A DNA stretch of 64,000 bases from Ignavibacteriota bacterium. GTDB lineage: Bacteria; Bacteroidota; Ignavibacteria; Palsa-1295. Positions 28,179 to 38,200 of this stretch are shown piece after piece. The position numbers were made by a program, and so were the translations under genes. The stretch spans positions 2,414 through 66,413 of the forward strand of contig CAWCCK010000003.1 in assembly GCA_963794025.1 (NCBI GenBank), in the 5' to 3' direction. The notes under the pieces are model-generated. The model was not told the DNA's origin. It did not search any database and saw only the letters and a list, made by a program, of their open reading frames with translations. The number at the start of each line of letters is the position of its first letter. The stretch's first letter is position 1.

Positions 28179-28582
28179 GGAGCTTTTGGCGCAACGCCCC
28201 CTCACCCGATTCCGTCTGCGACGGAATATCCCTCTCCCCACTACGTGGGGAGAGGGTGTAGAGCTATCACATTGGGGAATTAAATCTTTTGCAACGGCTG
28301 GGGAAACCAGTTTAGCTCCGGCAGGAGCGTAATCGTTGTAGCCGTGGGTTTCAACCCACGGTGTGATGACCAAATATTTTTCATAGCTCCGGCAGGAGCG
28401 TCATATTTGTAGCCCCGTGCGTAAGCGCGGGGTTTTGCGTTTGGTGTAATGCAAAAGCTCCAGAGGAGCGGCATATTCCCCGCCGGTAACATGCTGCTCC
28501 GGTGGAGCTTTTGGCGCAACGCCCCCTCACCCGATTCCGTCTGCGACGGAATGTCCCTCTCCCCACTACGTGGGGAGAGGGT
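28179..28582. repeat. Array of about five structured ~75-bp units, each beginning with a conserved quasi-palindromic AGCTCCGGCAGGAGCG-like motif followed by a different hairpin. First and last units (28179-28257, 28504-28582) are 79-bp near-identical direct repeats.
   Basis: Direct read. Unit hairpins: CCCTCTCCCCACTACGTGGGGAGAGGG, CCGTGGGTTTCAACCCACGG, GCCCCGTGCGTAAGCGCGGGG. No ORF support. Confidence 0.6.
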
Positions 28583-28830
28583 AGTTGGCTATCATCTTGG
28601 GGTCATTGCCCGGAACCCACAATAGGTGCTCGCCGTGTTAGGCGAGAATGATAATACCCGACGCGCCCCGCTTCGGCTCCGAATACCCGAAGCTCCAAAT
28701 CCTCACCATCGAGGGATTGATGTCGGGAACCGAACGCCCCCGGTTCCCGGATTTAATCCGCTGGGACGCTCCACATTCAAACGCGCGGCTGTGGAGGATG
28801 TGAGCGGGGGGCAGGGGAGGATTTTTTAGA

Positions 28831-29307
28831 ATGGAAAAGTTAGCACCTGTTGCTGAAACTAACACCAAAGCAACTAAGAAACCTAAAAAAAATAAAGCGA
28901 TTCGAGAAATAAGCGCTCTGCTCCTTTGGAGCTACGTGTTTGTGAATACTTTAATTTTCGATGTCGATGCGTGGCTCTTAACAATTATTCCATCGCAATT
29001 CCATTGGCTAATCCAATATAAGTTCCTTCTGGTCCTCTTTACCATCATACTCCTTTTCCTTTTTCAGGGCTGGAAATCACTTTTCCTGAACATATCCTTT
29101 GTGGCTACGTACCCTTACACTTTTCCTTTTCGATATCTTTGGAAGGCCATTAAGCGAAACAATGCTAACCAAAAAAAGAATGCGGCAACAGCAGATACAC
29201 CTGAACAAAGACAAAAGGCGCTATCGGCAATAACCATTGGCGTCAGCCTGATTCCTATTGTTCGCCGATTTTTTATGAAGTTCCGACAACGCATTGCAGC
29301 CTTATGA
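28831..29307 (+). CDS. Hypothetical membrane protein (low-GC island 2).
   Basis: Lys-rich N-terminus then 3-4 hydrophobic segments. AT-rich codon usage. Confidence 0.4.
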   Translation: MEKLAPVAETNTKATKKPKKNKAIREISALLLWSYVFVNTLIFDVDAWLLTIIPSQFHWLIQYKFLLVLFTIILLFLFQGWKSLFLNISFVATYPYTFPFRYLWKAIKRNNANQKKNAATADTPEQRQKALSAITIGVSLIPIVRRFFMKFRQRIAAL

Positions 29308-29646
29308 TTGCTTGCTTTGTCAACATTAATCACATTTATTAATCCCTCTCCTGAGATTAATATTTTATGTGTTATTTTTATTTCGATTAGCTTACTAATT
29401 TTGGCTGGAATAAAAATCTTCGTTGTATTTTTTTCAAAAGGAATTTTTGAAGGAGAAGCAGTTTCCGATCCCGATATTTTAACAAAAAGAAAAGTTTTTG
29501 AGGAATTCGAAAAGGAACACGTAGAATTACAAAAATTATCGGCAGAAAGCACCGAAATGCAGCCCAAAGGGTGCGTAATATTCGAAAGTTACTTCGATTA
29601 CATCGGGCATTCGAATGGTGCCGTGAAAAGCAAGAGCAATTTTTAA
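29308..29646 (+). CDS. Hypothetical small membrane protein (TTG start directly after the upstream stop).
   Basis: Two TM segments plus a charged C-terminal tail. Translationally coupled to the upstream ORF. Confidence 0.35.
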   Translation: MLALSTLITFINPSPEINILCVIFISISLLILAGIKIFVVFFSKGIFEGEAVSDPDILTKRKVFEEFEKEHVELQKLSAESTEMQPKGCVIFESYFDYIGHSNGAVKSKSNF

Positions 29647-29844
29647 AAAAGGGGAATTATTGTCTTCTTAACGTTAATTTCCTATGCATTAATATTCGCG
29701 GTAATCATTTTTGCATTTGGCATCATCTATCAATCTTTATTTCAGGCCAATCAATCTCTTTTTATTACTAACGGGATTCATCCTAACTTTTTTAAGTTTC
29801 AACTCTTTAGTTTTGCACAATTTGCTGGAAAAGAAGTAAATGAC

Positions 29845-30153
29845 TTGGGATCAAAAAGCAATCTCATTTTAACTTTTAATTTAGTTGAACACTTGCTTTT
29901 AATCTTCCTACTCCTTACTGTTGTCTTTGCCGTTATAATGAGTTCGCTGAAACAGCGCTATGAGGATGATGTAAAATCCATTATTTCATTCCTTCAAATG
30001 TCGATCCTTGGGCTTGAGAAGAAATTCGCCGAGCTTTATAACATAAAAATCGCTGAAGCAGCAAAAGAACTCAATTTGAAAGGGGAACCAATTGAAGCCT
30101 ATTTTGTGGATATCCCCGAAGCAAAACCATCCGGAACTATGCCTCCTGTATAG
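29845..30153 (+). CDS. Hypothetical small membrane / coiled-coil protein. The frame is open upstream to 29647, so the true start is uncertain.
   Basis: TM segment LLLIFLLLTVVFAVIM, then a predicted coiled-coil. Confidence 0.3.
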   Translation: MGSKSNLILTFNLVEHLLLIFLLLTVVFAVIMSSLKQRYEDDVKSIISFLQMSILGLEKKFAELYNIKIAEAAKELNLKGEPIEAYFVDIPEAKPSGTMPPV

Positions 30154-30276
30154 TCCTATGGTGCTTTTGGTTCCTCGTTCTGATCGCAATTAAGTTAACT
30201 CGTACGCTTTGCTTTTTTCTTTTTTTCAATATTTGTGGTAAAGATTCGTCTCCGATCATGCAGCAAGCCCCATTCC

Positions 30277-30903
30277 TCACCAGTGTACGACCGCGTACCG
30301 CTTGGTCGAATTTCGTAGGTGCTCCGTAATAGCTTTCGCGCGAGTTCCCAAAATCGCTGAAGCCAATCGTTCTGATGAGATCGTGCCACTTATATCGCCA
30401 TCATCCATCATCCATTCTCTGAACGATTCGTCAAATAAGAGGGTGAAGAGATCAAGAGAATATCTCATGCTAACGCCCAGCTTTTGCGCCTGCTGCAGCA
30501 TGTCTCGTTCATCATCCGTTATGCTATTAAACGCTAATGAATGATCCTGGGCTTCTTCAAAAAGGCTTAATAGCCCGTGGCCCTTTCCACGGGCCAGCAT
30601 ATAAGCATCCTCAACAGGAACATTTGCGGAGAATATAATAGCAGCCTTTAAGGTGCATTCGATAGCCATTACAATGTCAACGAAAACTTTACTTCGAAAA
30701 CGCTGGCGGAACATGGCGTCATCGGGCCATACAAGGCCCACGCGATGAAGAAGTTCATATGCATCGTCTTTAAACCGTTCACCGATGTCGAGCCGCAGCT
30801 CGTCTTCGAGATCAAATCGCGTAGTACCGCGTAGCGCGATTAAAATTTCATCCAAGGCTTCTGCCGCTTCACTGCTATGTGATTTCGTAATTTCTGACAT
30901 CAT
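30277..30903 (-). CDS. Hypothetical soluble protein (208 aa), no recognisable domain.
   Basis: Complete ORF with plausible acidic/helical composition. Follows the small membrane protein genes. Confidence 0.45.
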   Translation of the reverse strand: MMSEITKSHSSEAAEALDEILIALRGTTRFDLEDELRLDIGERFKDDAYELLHRVGLVWPDDAMFRQRFRSKVFVDIVMAIECTLKAAIIFSANVPVEDAYMLARGKGHGLLSLFEEAQDHSLAFNSITDDERDMLQQAQKLGVSMRYSLDLFTLLFDESFREWMMDDGDISGTISSERLASAILGTRAKAITEHLRNSTKRYAVVHW

Positions 30904-30978
30904 CGAATGGAAATAATATTAACGGCCCCTAAAACATTAGAATACGATGCTTGTTCCAACCCTCGCCCGGTACTTCGT

Positions 30979-31352
30979 GGCTCCGCCACTTGGGGCTGCT
31001 TCCCCTCGCGCGGATTGTGCCGTCCCCCCAGTCAAGCTGAGGGCAGTCGTGCCACTTGAGCAGCGGCGCGGCGGTCCGCCGCGGCGGGTGCCCTCTGGGC
31101 CGCATCCTCTCTCTCCAGCGCCTGCCCTCGGCCAGATCGGGAGAAGTCTGAACTATGATCCTTCGACAAGCTCAGGACAAGCTTATGTGATTCGTGTGAT
31201 TGGCTCGATGATTGGCGTAGCATGGAAATCATGTCTCAATCCAAATAATCACACGAATCATAGTTCAGACAATGGGCTGCGGGTACATCCTTCGGCAAGC
31301 TCAGGACGGCTCCGCCACTTGGGAATGCTTCCCGACGCGCAGATTGTTCGTC
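30979..31352. repeat. Repeat-rich GC-rich non-coding block. 46-bp direct repeats GGCTCCGCCACTTGGG..TGCTTCCC..CGCGC.GATTGT.CGTCC at 30979-31024 and 31308-31352. They enclose a family B hairpin element (31145-31273; termini GTCTGAACTATGAT / ATCATAGTTCAGAC) and the motif CCCCCAGTCAAGCTGAGGGCAG (also at 32378-32400).
   Basis: Direct read. The track ORF 30947..31369 here is probably spurious. Confidence 0.6.
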
Positions 31353-31372
31353 CGCATCGCGCGCGTTAATAA

Positions 31373-32147
31373 TTGAATACCATGCAACGAACCGGAATCA
31401 CCCATCTCATTTTTTCGTGCTTCGTTGCGCTGGTATTGTTAATTCCCACTCGTGGCTTCGGCTGGGGTAAGGATGGTCATGCGGCGATTGTGCGGCTTGC
31501 ATTTCAGCTCATGCCAGCCGCGCAGCGGGAGCGGCTTTATGCCATCCTCGACACCACCGATCCGTATTACATCGGCAATTGGGCGGATTGGTATGCCCGC
31601 AAAGAATATCCTGAGTCGAAGCCGTGGCATTATGTTGACATCCCGGCAGATGCCACGAAATACCGTTCCCTCCCGCGATTGCGGCGATGATGGCTGCATT
31701 CTTTCGGAACTTCCTCTGCTGGAACAGGAACTAAAGAAAAAGCGCCTATCCTTCACCGATCGCCGTGAGGATATGCTGTATTATTTCCATTTTCTCGGTG
31801 ATCTTACTCAACCGTTCCATACGTTAGGTCCCACCGGCGCTACCGACTTGCATGTGAAATGGCATGGGGAAAGACAAACGCTGCATCGCGTGTGGGATGA
31901 AAGTATCATTCTTGAGCATGAGATAGACACGGTCGCTCTTCTGAAACTGGCGCGCTCGATGCAATCGGAACCGCTCGAAACCGATTATGCGAAGATCGCG
32001 ATGGAAGGCCACAGGATCGCAGTCCAAAATCTGGTTGATGAGGGTGTTCGCCTCCCAAATAATTACACGGATGAGAAATGGCCCATCGTCGAACATGCCC
32101 TCATTGAGGCCGCGTTGCTGATCGTGGCGAAGACGAAGGATATGTGA
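31373..32147 (+). CDS. S1/P1-family nuclease (secreted), with an apparent frameshift at about 31660-31690 (frame 2 to frame 3).
   Basis: Signal peptide plus GWGKDGH…WHYVDIP in ORF 31373..31690. Continues as DCGDDGC…HFLGDLTQPFH…LHRVWD in ORF 31452..32147. Confidence 0.7.
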
Positions 32148-32196
32148 TTCCTGCCTCAATTTTTTTGGGAATCGCTTGCTTTTGGGTTTTGAATGT

Positions 32197-32227
32197 ATTA
32201 TATTAGGTGGTGAGATGATAGGCACCC
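32197..32227. promoter_or_regulatory. TATATTAGGTGGTGAGATGATAGGCACCC. Extended match to the motif upstream of the zeta-like gene (half-site of the ATAGGCACCTAT palindrome).
   Basis: Sequence similarity to 1831-1862. Confidence 0.3.
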
Positions 32228-32665
32228 TTTGGGGCAAAGATGAAATAATAAAGATGAAAGATGAAGAGGTCGGGGAAATGTAAGAAATCGGGAACATAGT
32301 TTTCACAGGGAAATTAATGAAAAGTTGATGGAAAACTGCATAAGTTCATGAAGCACAAATGCGTTTTTTTGTAAAGGCACCCCCAGTCAAGCTGAGGGCA
32401 GGCTCTATTGCTGAAAGACAACTGGCGAAAATAGCTTGGAAACGCCACACTTCATGAAGCACAAATGCGTTTTTGCAAAATCATACCGATCGCGAATGCC
32501 TTCCGGACACAAAGTATATAATTTTGCTTTCTGCGAGAACGCTGCGAGAGCTGTCTCGAAAAAGCTACAGTTTATGAATTATGAATTCAAAAAAAAATAA
32601 TGATTGAGAGAGGCTGAAGGCTGAAGGTCAAAAATCATTGCTGAAACGCTCTTGGGTTTTGCGCG

Positions 32666-34265
32666 TTGAATGGTGGAATGACTAAAGGCAATATTCTCTG
32701 GGTCGATGACGAGATCGACCTGCTGCGACCGCATATTATGCTGCTCGAAGGGCGCGGCTATACCATTCGCACTGCTCTGAGCGGTGAAGATGCGCTTGTT
32801 ATCGCTTCCGAGCAGCCTGTCGATCTGGTTTTTTTGGATGAGAATATGCCGGGTATGGGCGGTTTGGAAACGCTCGAACGGCTGAAAGCGGTGCGTCCCG
32901 AAACGCCCGTCGTGATGGTGACGAAATCGGAAGAAGAAGACCTGATGGAGCAGGCGATCGGGAAGAAAATTTCGGATTATCTGACGAAACCCGTCAACCC
33001 GACGCAAGTGCTGCTTGCGGTGAAGAAATTTTTGGAGGGCCGGCAAATTGTGAACGAAGCCGTCTCGCGGGATTACACGCAGGAATTCGCGCGTATCTCG
33101 CTCGACCTGATGAATGCTTCGACTGCGAAGGACTGGACGGAACTATATGCGAAGATCGTCGGCTGGGAAATGGAATTTGACGAGCATACGGGACTTGGTT
33201 TGAAGCAAACACTGCTCGATCAGAAGCGGGAAGCAAATGCAGAGTTCGGGAAATTTGTCGAGCGGCATTACAAAGACTGGGTCAATACGATCTATGTGGA
33301 ATCGAATGCGGCGAACCGGCCGGCGATGTCGCCGGATATAGTCGAGCAATGGGTGCTGCCGGAACTGCAATCGGACGCGAAGCAGAATGTGGTATTTTTC
33401 GTGATCGACTGCATGAGGCTGGATCAGTGGCTGATCATGGAAGCGGAACTCCGTAACCTGTTTAAGATCACGCGGAACTATCATTTTGGTATTCTTCCGA
33501 CAGCCACGCCATACGCGCGGAATGCGATCTTTTCGGGAATGTTCCCATCGGAATTCGGGAAGCTGTATCCGAACATGTGGTCATCGAAGGATGATGACGA
33601 GAGTTCGCTGAATCGGGATGAAGCCGATATGCTGCATAAGTTATTGGATCGAAAGCGCATTAAATTGCGGCAGGAGATGAAGTATATTAAGATCATCGAC
33701 CGCGATTATGGCGCCGGTATCGCGCAGAATATCTCGAATCAGGCGAAGAACCATTTCACAGCCATTGTGGTGAACTTTGTTGACATGCTTGCACATACGA
33801 GAAGCGATTCGCCGATCTTAAAAGAGATCGCGCCGGATGAAAGTGCGTATCGTTCCCTTACGCGGTCGTGGTTCATGCATTCGAGTTTATATCGATATGT
33901 TCAAATCGCTGGCCTCGGTGCCGAATTTGAAGATCGTCGTATCGACGGATCACGGTTCCATCCGCAGTTTGCGAGGCGCGAAAGTGATCGGCGACCGCGA
34001 GACCTCGACCAGCCTGCGCTACAAATATGGCCGGAACGTGAAAGCAGAAGAAAAGCAAGCGATGATCATCAAGCATCCGGAAGAGTATAAACTTCCCGTT
34101 CGCGCGAACGCAACGAACTATATCATAGCAAAAGAGGATTATTATTTCGTCTATCCAACCGACTACCACAAATACCTGAATTACTACCGCGATTCGTTCC
34201 AGCATGGCGGCATTTCGATGGAAGAGGTGATATTGCCGGTGGTGACGATGGAACCTAAATCTTAA
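32666..34265 (+). CDS. porX: PorX-like response regulator: CheY receiver fused to a PglZ / alkaline-phosphatase-like domain. Apparent frameshift at about 33880-33900.
   Basis: Receiver motifs (ILWVDDE…DLVFLDENMPGMGG…KP). PglZ region split between ORF 32666..34090 and ORF 33837..34265 (…KIVVSTDHGSIR…QHGGISMEEVILP). Confidence 0.75.
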
Positions 34266-34280
34266 TCCTGAATTATATCT

Positions 34281-35228
34281 GTGAATTTCCTTCCCTCCGA
34301 TTTCGAATCCGTTCCCTGCGATCTGTGCGGCGCCGATGCGCCGGATGTTCGCTATCGTAAAAATGGTTTTACGATCGTGCAATGCTCAAGCATCGTCGGC
34401 GATGCTAAATGTGGAATGGTATATACCAATCCGCGGCTGAAAGGCGAGAAGATCGGTGAGCTGTACGATGCCGATTATTTCAAGGGACATGGGTTCGATA
34501 AAAGCATCGATTACGTCGGCGATGTAGATGAGTATGGCAAGCAGAAAAGCGATTATACGCTGAATGATTGGGATGCGGATACGATCAAATCCATGATTCA
34601 ATCCGCCTCTCCCCCAACCCCTCTCCCTGCTGGGAGAGGGGAGAAAAAATTGTTAGAGATCGGTTGCGGGACGGGAGTTTTTCTTGCGAAAGCGCGGGAG
34701 CATGGGTTCGATTGCTCCGGGTTGGAACTTTCGAGTTACGCTGCGGAATTTGTTCGCAAGATGGGAATTCCGGTAGAGACGAAAGCGATCGAAGATGCAA
34801 ACTTCCCGGATAACACATGGGATGTGATCGTGATGCGGGAAGTAATCGAGCATTTACCGCATCCGATGGAAGCGCTGCAAACGATTCATCGCTGGCTGAA
34901 ACCCGGCGGCGTGCTATTCATGGCAACCGGGAACTACGATTGCCCGGAGCGCAAGCTGCGCGGCTCCGATTGGTTTTATTTTATGCCGGAAGGACATCTC
35001 TATTATTTCTCCAACCGCACCATGACGAAATATCTACAGAAAGTGGGATTTCGAACGGTCAACGTAACCAATCAGGGTGATAAGCTAATGGAATTCCTAC
35101 GGAAATACGGTATCTTAGAAGCGGGGTCAGCCAAGCCTCGTAACATTTTCAAGCGATTGGTGTTCTACAAAATACGCGCGATCAATCATTTTATTTCGAG
35201 CGGAATGCGTATTTATGCGATCAAGTAA
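34281..35228 (+). CDS. Class I SAM-dependent methyltransferase carrying an in-frame hairpin-element insertion (SPPTPLPAGRGEK).
   Basis: Zn-ribbon-like CDLCGA…C start. Motif I LLEIGCGTGVF. Methyltransf_11/23-like downstream. Confidence 0.8.
   Translation: MNFLPSDFESVPCDLCGADAPDVRYRKNGFTIVQCSSIVGDAKCGMVYTNPRLKGEKIGELYDADYFKGHGFDKSIDYVGDVDEYGKQKSDYTLNDWDADTIKSMIQSASPPTPLPAGRGEKKLLEIGCGTGVFLAKAREHGFDCSGLELSSYAAEFVRKMGIPVETKAIEDANFPDNTWDVIVMREVIEHLPHPMEALQTIHRWLKPGGVLFMATGNYDCPERKLRGSDWFYFMPEGHLYYFSNRTMTKYLQKVGFRTVNVTNQGDKLMEFLRKYGILEAGSAKPRNIFKRLVFYKIRAINHFISSGMRIYAIK
34605..34645. repeat. GGGAGAGGG-family hairpin element CGCCTCTCCCCCAACCCCTCTCCCTGCTGGGAGAGGGGAG, inserted in frame in the methyltransferase gene.
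   Basis: Perfect stem CCCCTCTCCC/GGGAGAGGGG. Related copies at 35600-35660 and inside the 28179/28504 repeats. Confidence 0.65.
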
Positions 35229-35231
35229 ATC

Positions 35232-38200
35232 ATGCGGTCGGTTTTAATCTTCTCTGTTATTATTGCGGGAATTTTCGTTGGCAGTCAGAGTTTCGGCCAA
35301 ACGATGGTTCCCGCTATTCCGGAGAAACAGGGCGTTATTCTCCTACGCGTAAGTTCCTCGCTCGATAGCGCACTGGACGCTATGTTCTATGCTACACGCC
35401 CGCTTGGCGACCCCACATTTGCACATAGCGAAATTAATCTCGCAGTTCTCAGTAACGATAGCGCAATACGCCGCTTGCTCGGCTTACCAAGCGGGTTGCA
35501 TGGGCTTCAACTCAAGCCGTTCATTCCTACGCACAGTGTGGCCTTCGAAGGTATTCGGGAACGTTCCAATCCACAGCTTTTTGCTCATGAGGATGTTGCC
35601 GCCTCTCCCCCAACCCCCTCATCGTCGGCGATGCCTCCCTGCTGGGCGAGGGGGCTTTACTAACTTCTGAGAATAATATTTCCCATTGGTTCCTGCTGTT
35701 TTATTCCGATTCTATTTCAGGCGATCGGGCATCGGAACTCGTTCGGAAATCCTCTTTCATACAAATAGCAGAACCAGAATATATCCGTCACTCATGCACG
35801 GTGCCGATCTATACGCCGAACGATCCAGATATTAGCCAGCAATATTCGCTTACGCTCATGAATGTTTTAGAGGCGTGGGACGTCGTTCGGTGCGATTCGA
35901 CGATGATCGTAGCTGACGCAGACGTTGGCACTGACTGGCTTCACGCCGATCTCGAGGCATCGATCTATCAAAATCCTGGTGAGATGGGAATAGATAAGAA
36001 CGGGAACAATAAACGTTACAATGGCATCGATGACGATAGCGACGGCTTTATTGACGATTGGCACGGCTGGGATTTTGGCGGAACATACGGCACCACACCC
36101 GATAACGATGCCCGTCCCGGCTTGGGAACCGACGGTAACGTTGTCATGCACGGTACGCAAACAGCGGGAATTTTTGCCGCTACTGGTAATAACGATAATG
36201 GCATGGCCGGCGTTGCGTTCGGCGCGAAGATCATTCCCATCAAGATCAGTGACGATGAGGGGAATATCGAGTTTGCATTTCAAGGCGTGATCTATGCAGC
36301 CGATCTGCATGCGCGCGTAGTCAATTGCTCGTGGGGTGGCACGGGCCGTTCGGACGCGGAGCAAGACGTCATCAATTATGCGTATGCAAAAGGCTGTGCG
36401 GTGATAGCTGCTGCCGGAAACTCTGGTAACGATTCCCCCTTCGAAGATTTTTATCCGGCGGCGTACGATCATGTGCTTTCCGTCGCGGCAGTCGATCCCA
36501 ACAGCAACATCGGGAGCTTTTCCAATTTCAATACGCATGTGGATGTATCCGCTCCCGGAGTTGCGATCCTTAGCACTATTCCGACGCTCGGCAGCACTAC
36601 GGATAATAGTTACATCTCCGATGAGAATGACGCCAGTGGCACAAGCTTCGCAGCACCGAACGCGGCGGGCGTCGTAGCGCTCGTGTTACAGCAGTTCCCA
36701 AGTTTAACGGTGGGCCAGGCGATGGAGCAAGTTCGGGCGACAAGCGATCCAGTAGAAGCGGTCTGGAACAACAATACCGGCGTTGTCACACCGGTCGATA
36801 GTACACGGCTCTACTACGAAGGACGTGGCGCAGTCAATGCATTCCAAGCCGTTACCGATACGAATACGTTTTCTGCACGTATCGATAGCGTTACCCTTGA
36901 AGATCATAACAGCACTGGAACGTTTGCTCCCGGCGAGAGCGGCGGCATTGTTATTCACGCGATGAACTATCTGAAACCGCTCCAGCAGCTTAAGGCGCGG
37001 ATCGAAGTGGTGAACGGCGCAAATTATGTGACGCTCCAACAGACGATTGTTCCCTTCGGCTCTGTGGGAACGCTCGATGAGGTCTCGAATAATTCGACTG
37101 CGTTCCAGATCGCGATAGCCGATAGCACTCCGGTTAATACAAAGATCCTGATCCGGGTGTTCTTCTTCGATTCCGTTGTTGGATACACCGAAGATTACGA
37201 TTATTTCAGTTTTGTGGTGCAGCCATCGTATCTCGATCTGAACGCGAATAATCTCACGGTAACTTTTTCTTCCATTGGAAGCTTGGGATACAACGATGTG
37301 CTCAACAATGAAGAAGGTTCCGGCTTTTTGTGGCGCAATGCTCCGGATTCCATCGCGCCTTTTAGTCAATCACTTTTGTATGAAGGTGGGCTGATGGTCG
37401 GTACCGATACCGGTCATGTGGTCGATGTGGTGCTCAGCGAAGATGGAGTAACAGCGGATGAAGACCTCACGCCAACTCAACTCACGCATTACGTTGAGCC
37501 GCCGGATCATGCAAATGCCGCGCAGGAACTTGCATTCGCTCTCACGGATGATCTTGCCGATTCTGACAAGATCGGGCTTCGCGCTACGTGCCAGGCGTAT
37601 GCGTTCACGCAAGGTCTGGCGGCGAACGCGATCGTAGCACGGTATGTATTTCTTAGCGAGCCTGGAAGCGCGCTTTCCTTAACAGATACCGCTGCTGCCG
37701 CGCTTTTTCTCGATTGGGATATTGGACTTTCCGGCTCCAATAATTTCACGGTGTTCGATACAGCAAGCTCGACCGCAATCTCCTACTGTGCCTATCCGGA
37801 TAATCCTTATATTGGAATGAAACTGCTTTCTCCGCTCCCGCCCGGCGCGGCGCTTAATTATTACGCCATTATGAACAATGGCTCCCAGGGTCCGATCGAC
37901 ATTTATTCGGCCTATTCAAAGCGCAATAAATGGACGACCATGACGAATTTTAATAGTTCCGCCGGAGCTGGTGACATATCCCATACGTTCGGCCTCAAAA
38001 AAATGCCGATGCGATCTCAAGGTTCTGTCGAGATGACGGTCGTGATCGCGCTGGCGGAGAACGCAGCAGTATTGCAGCAAACCATTGCTGAAGTGGATAG
38101 CCTTTGGTTCGGAATAGCTGGCGTTGTGCCCGAAGCGCTCGCACCTTCAAGCACGTTAGAAGTGTTCCCAAATCCTTTTCATAACACGCTGCATATTGCG

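Noticed and set aside
28179-28582. Possible CRISPR array (conserved short repeat + variable segments)
   Set aside because: Only about five units. Conserved part is just 16-17 nt. The 'spacers' are themselves strong hairpins, and first and last units are identical over 79 bp. No cas genes in the window. More consistent with structured repeat or attC-like units.
30947-31369. ORF track entry 30947..31369 (140 aa, Pro/Arg/Ala-rich)
   Set aside because: Lies entirely inside the GC-rich repeat block containing direct repeats and a hairpin element. Composition is typical of spurious translation of GC-rich DNA.
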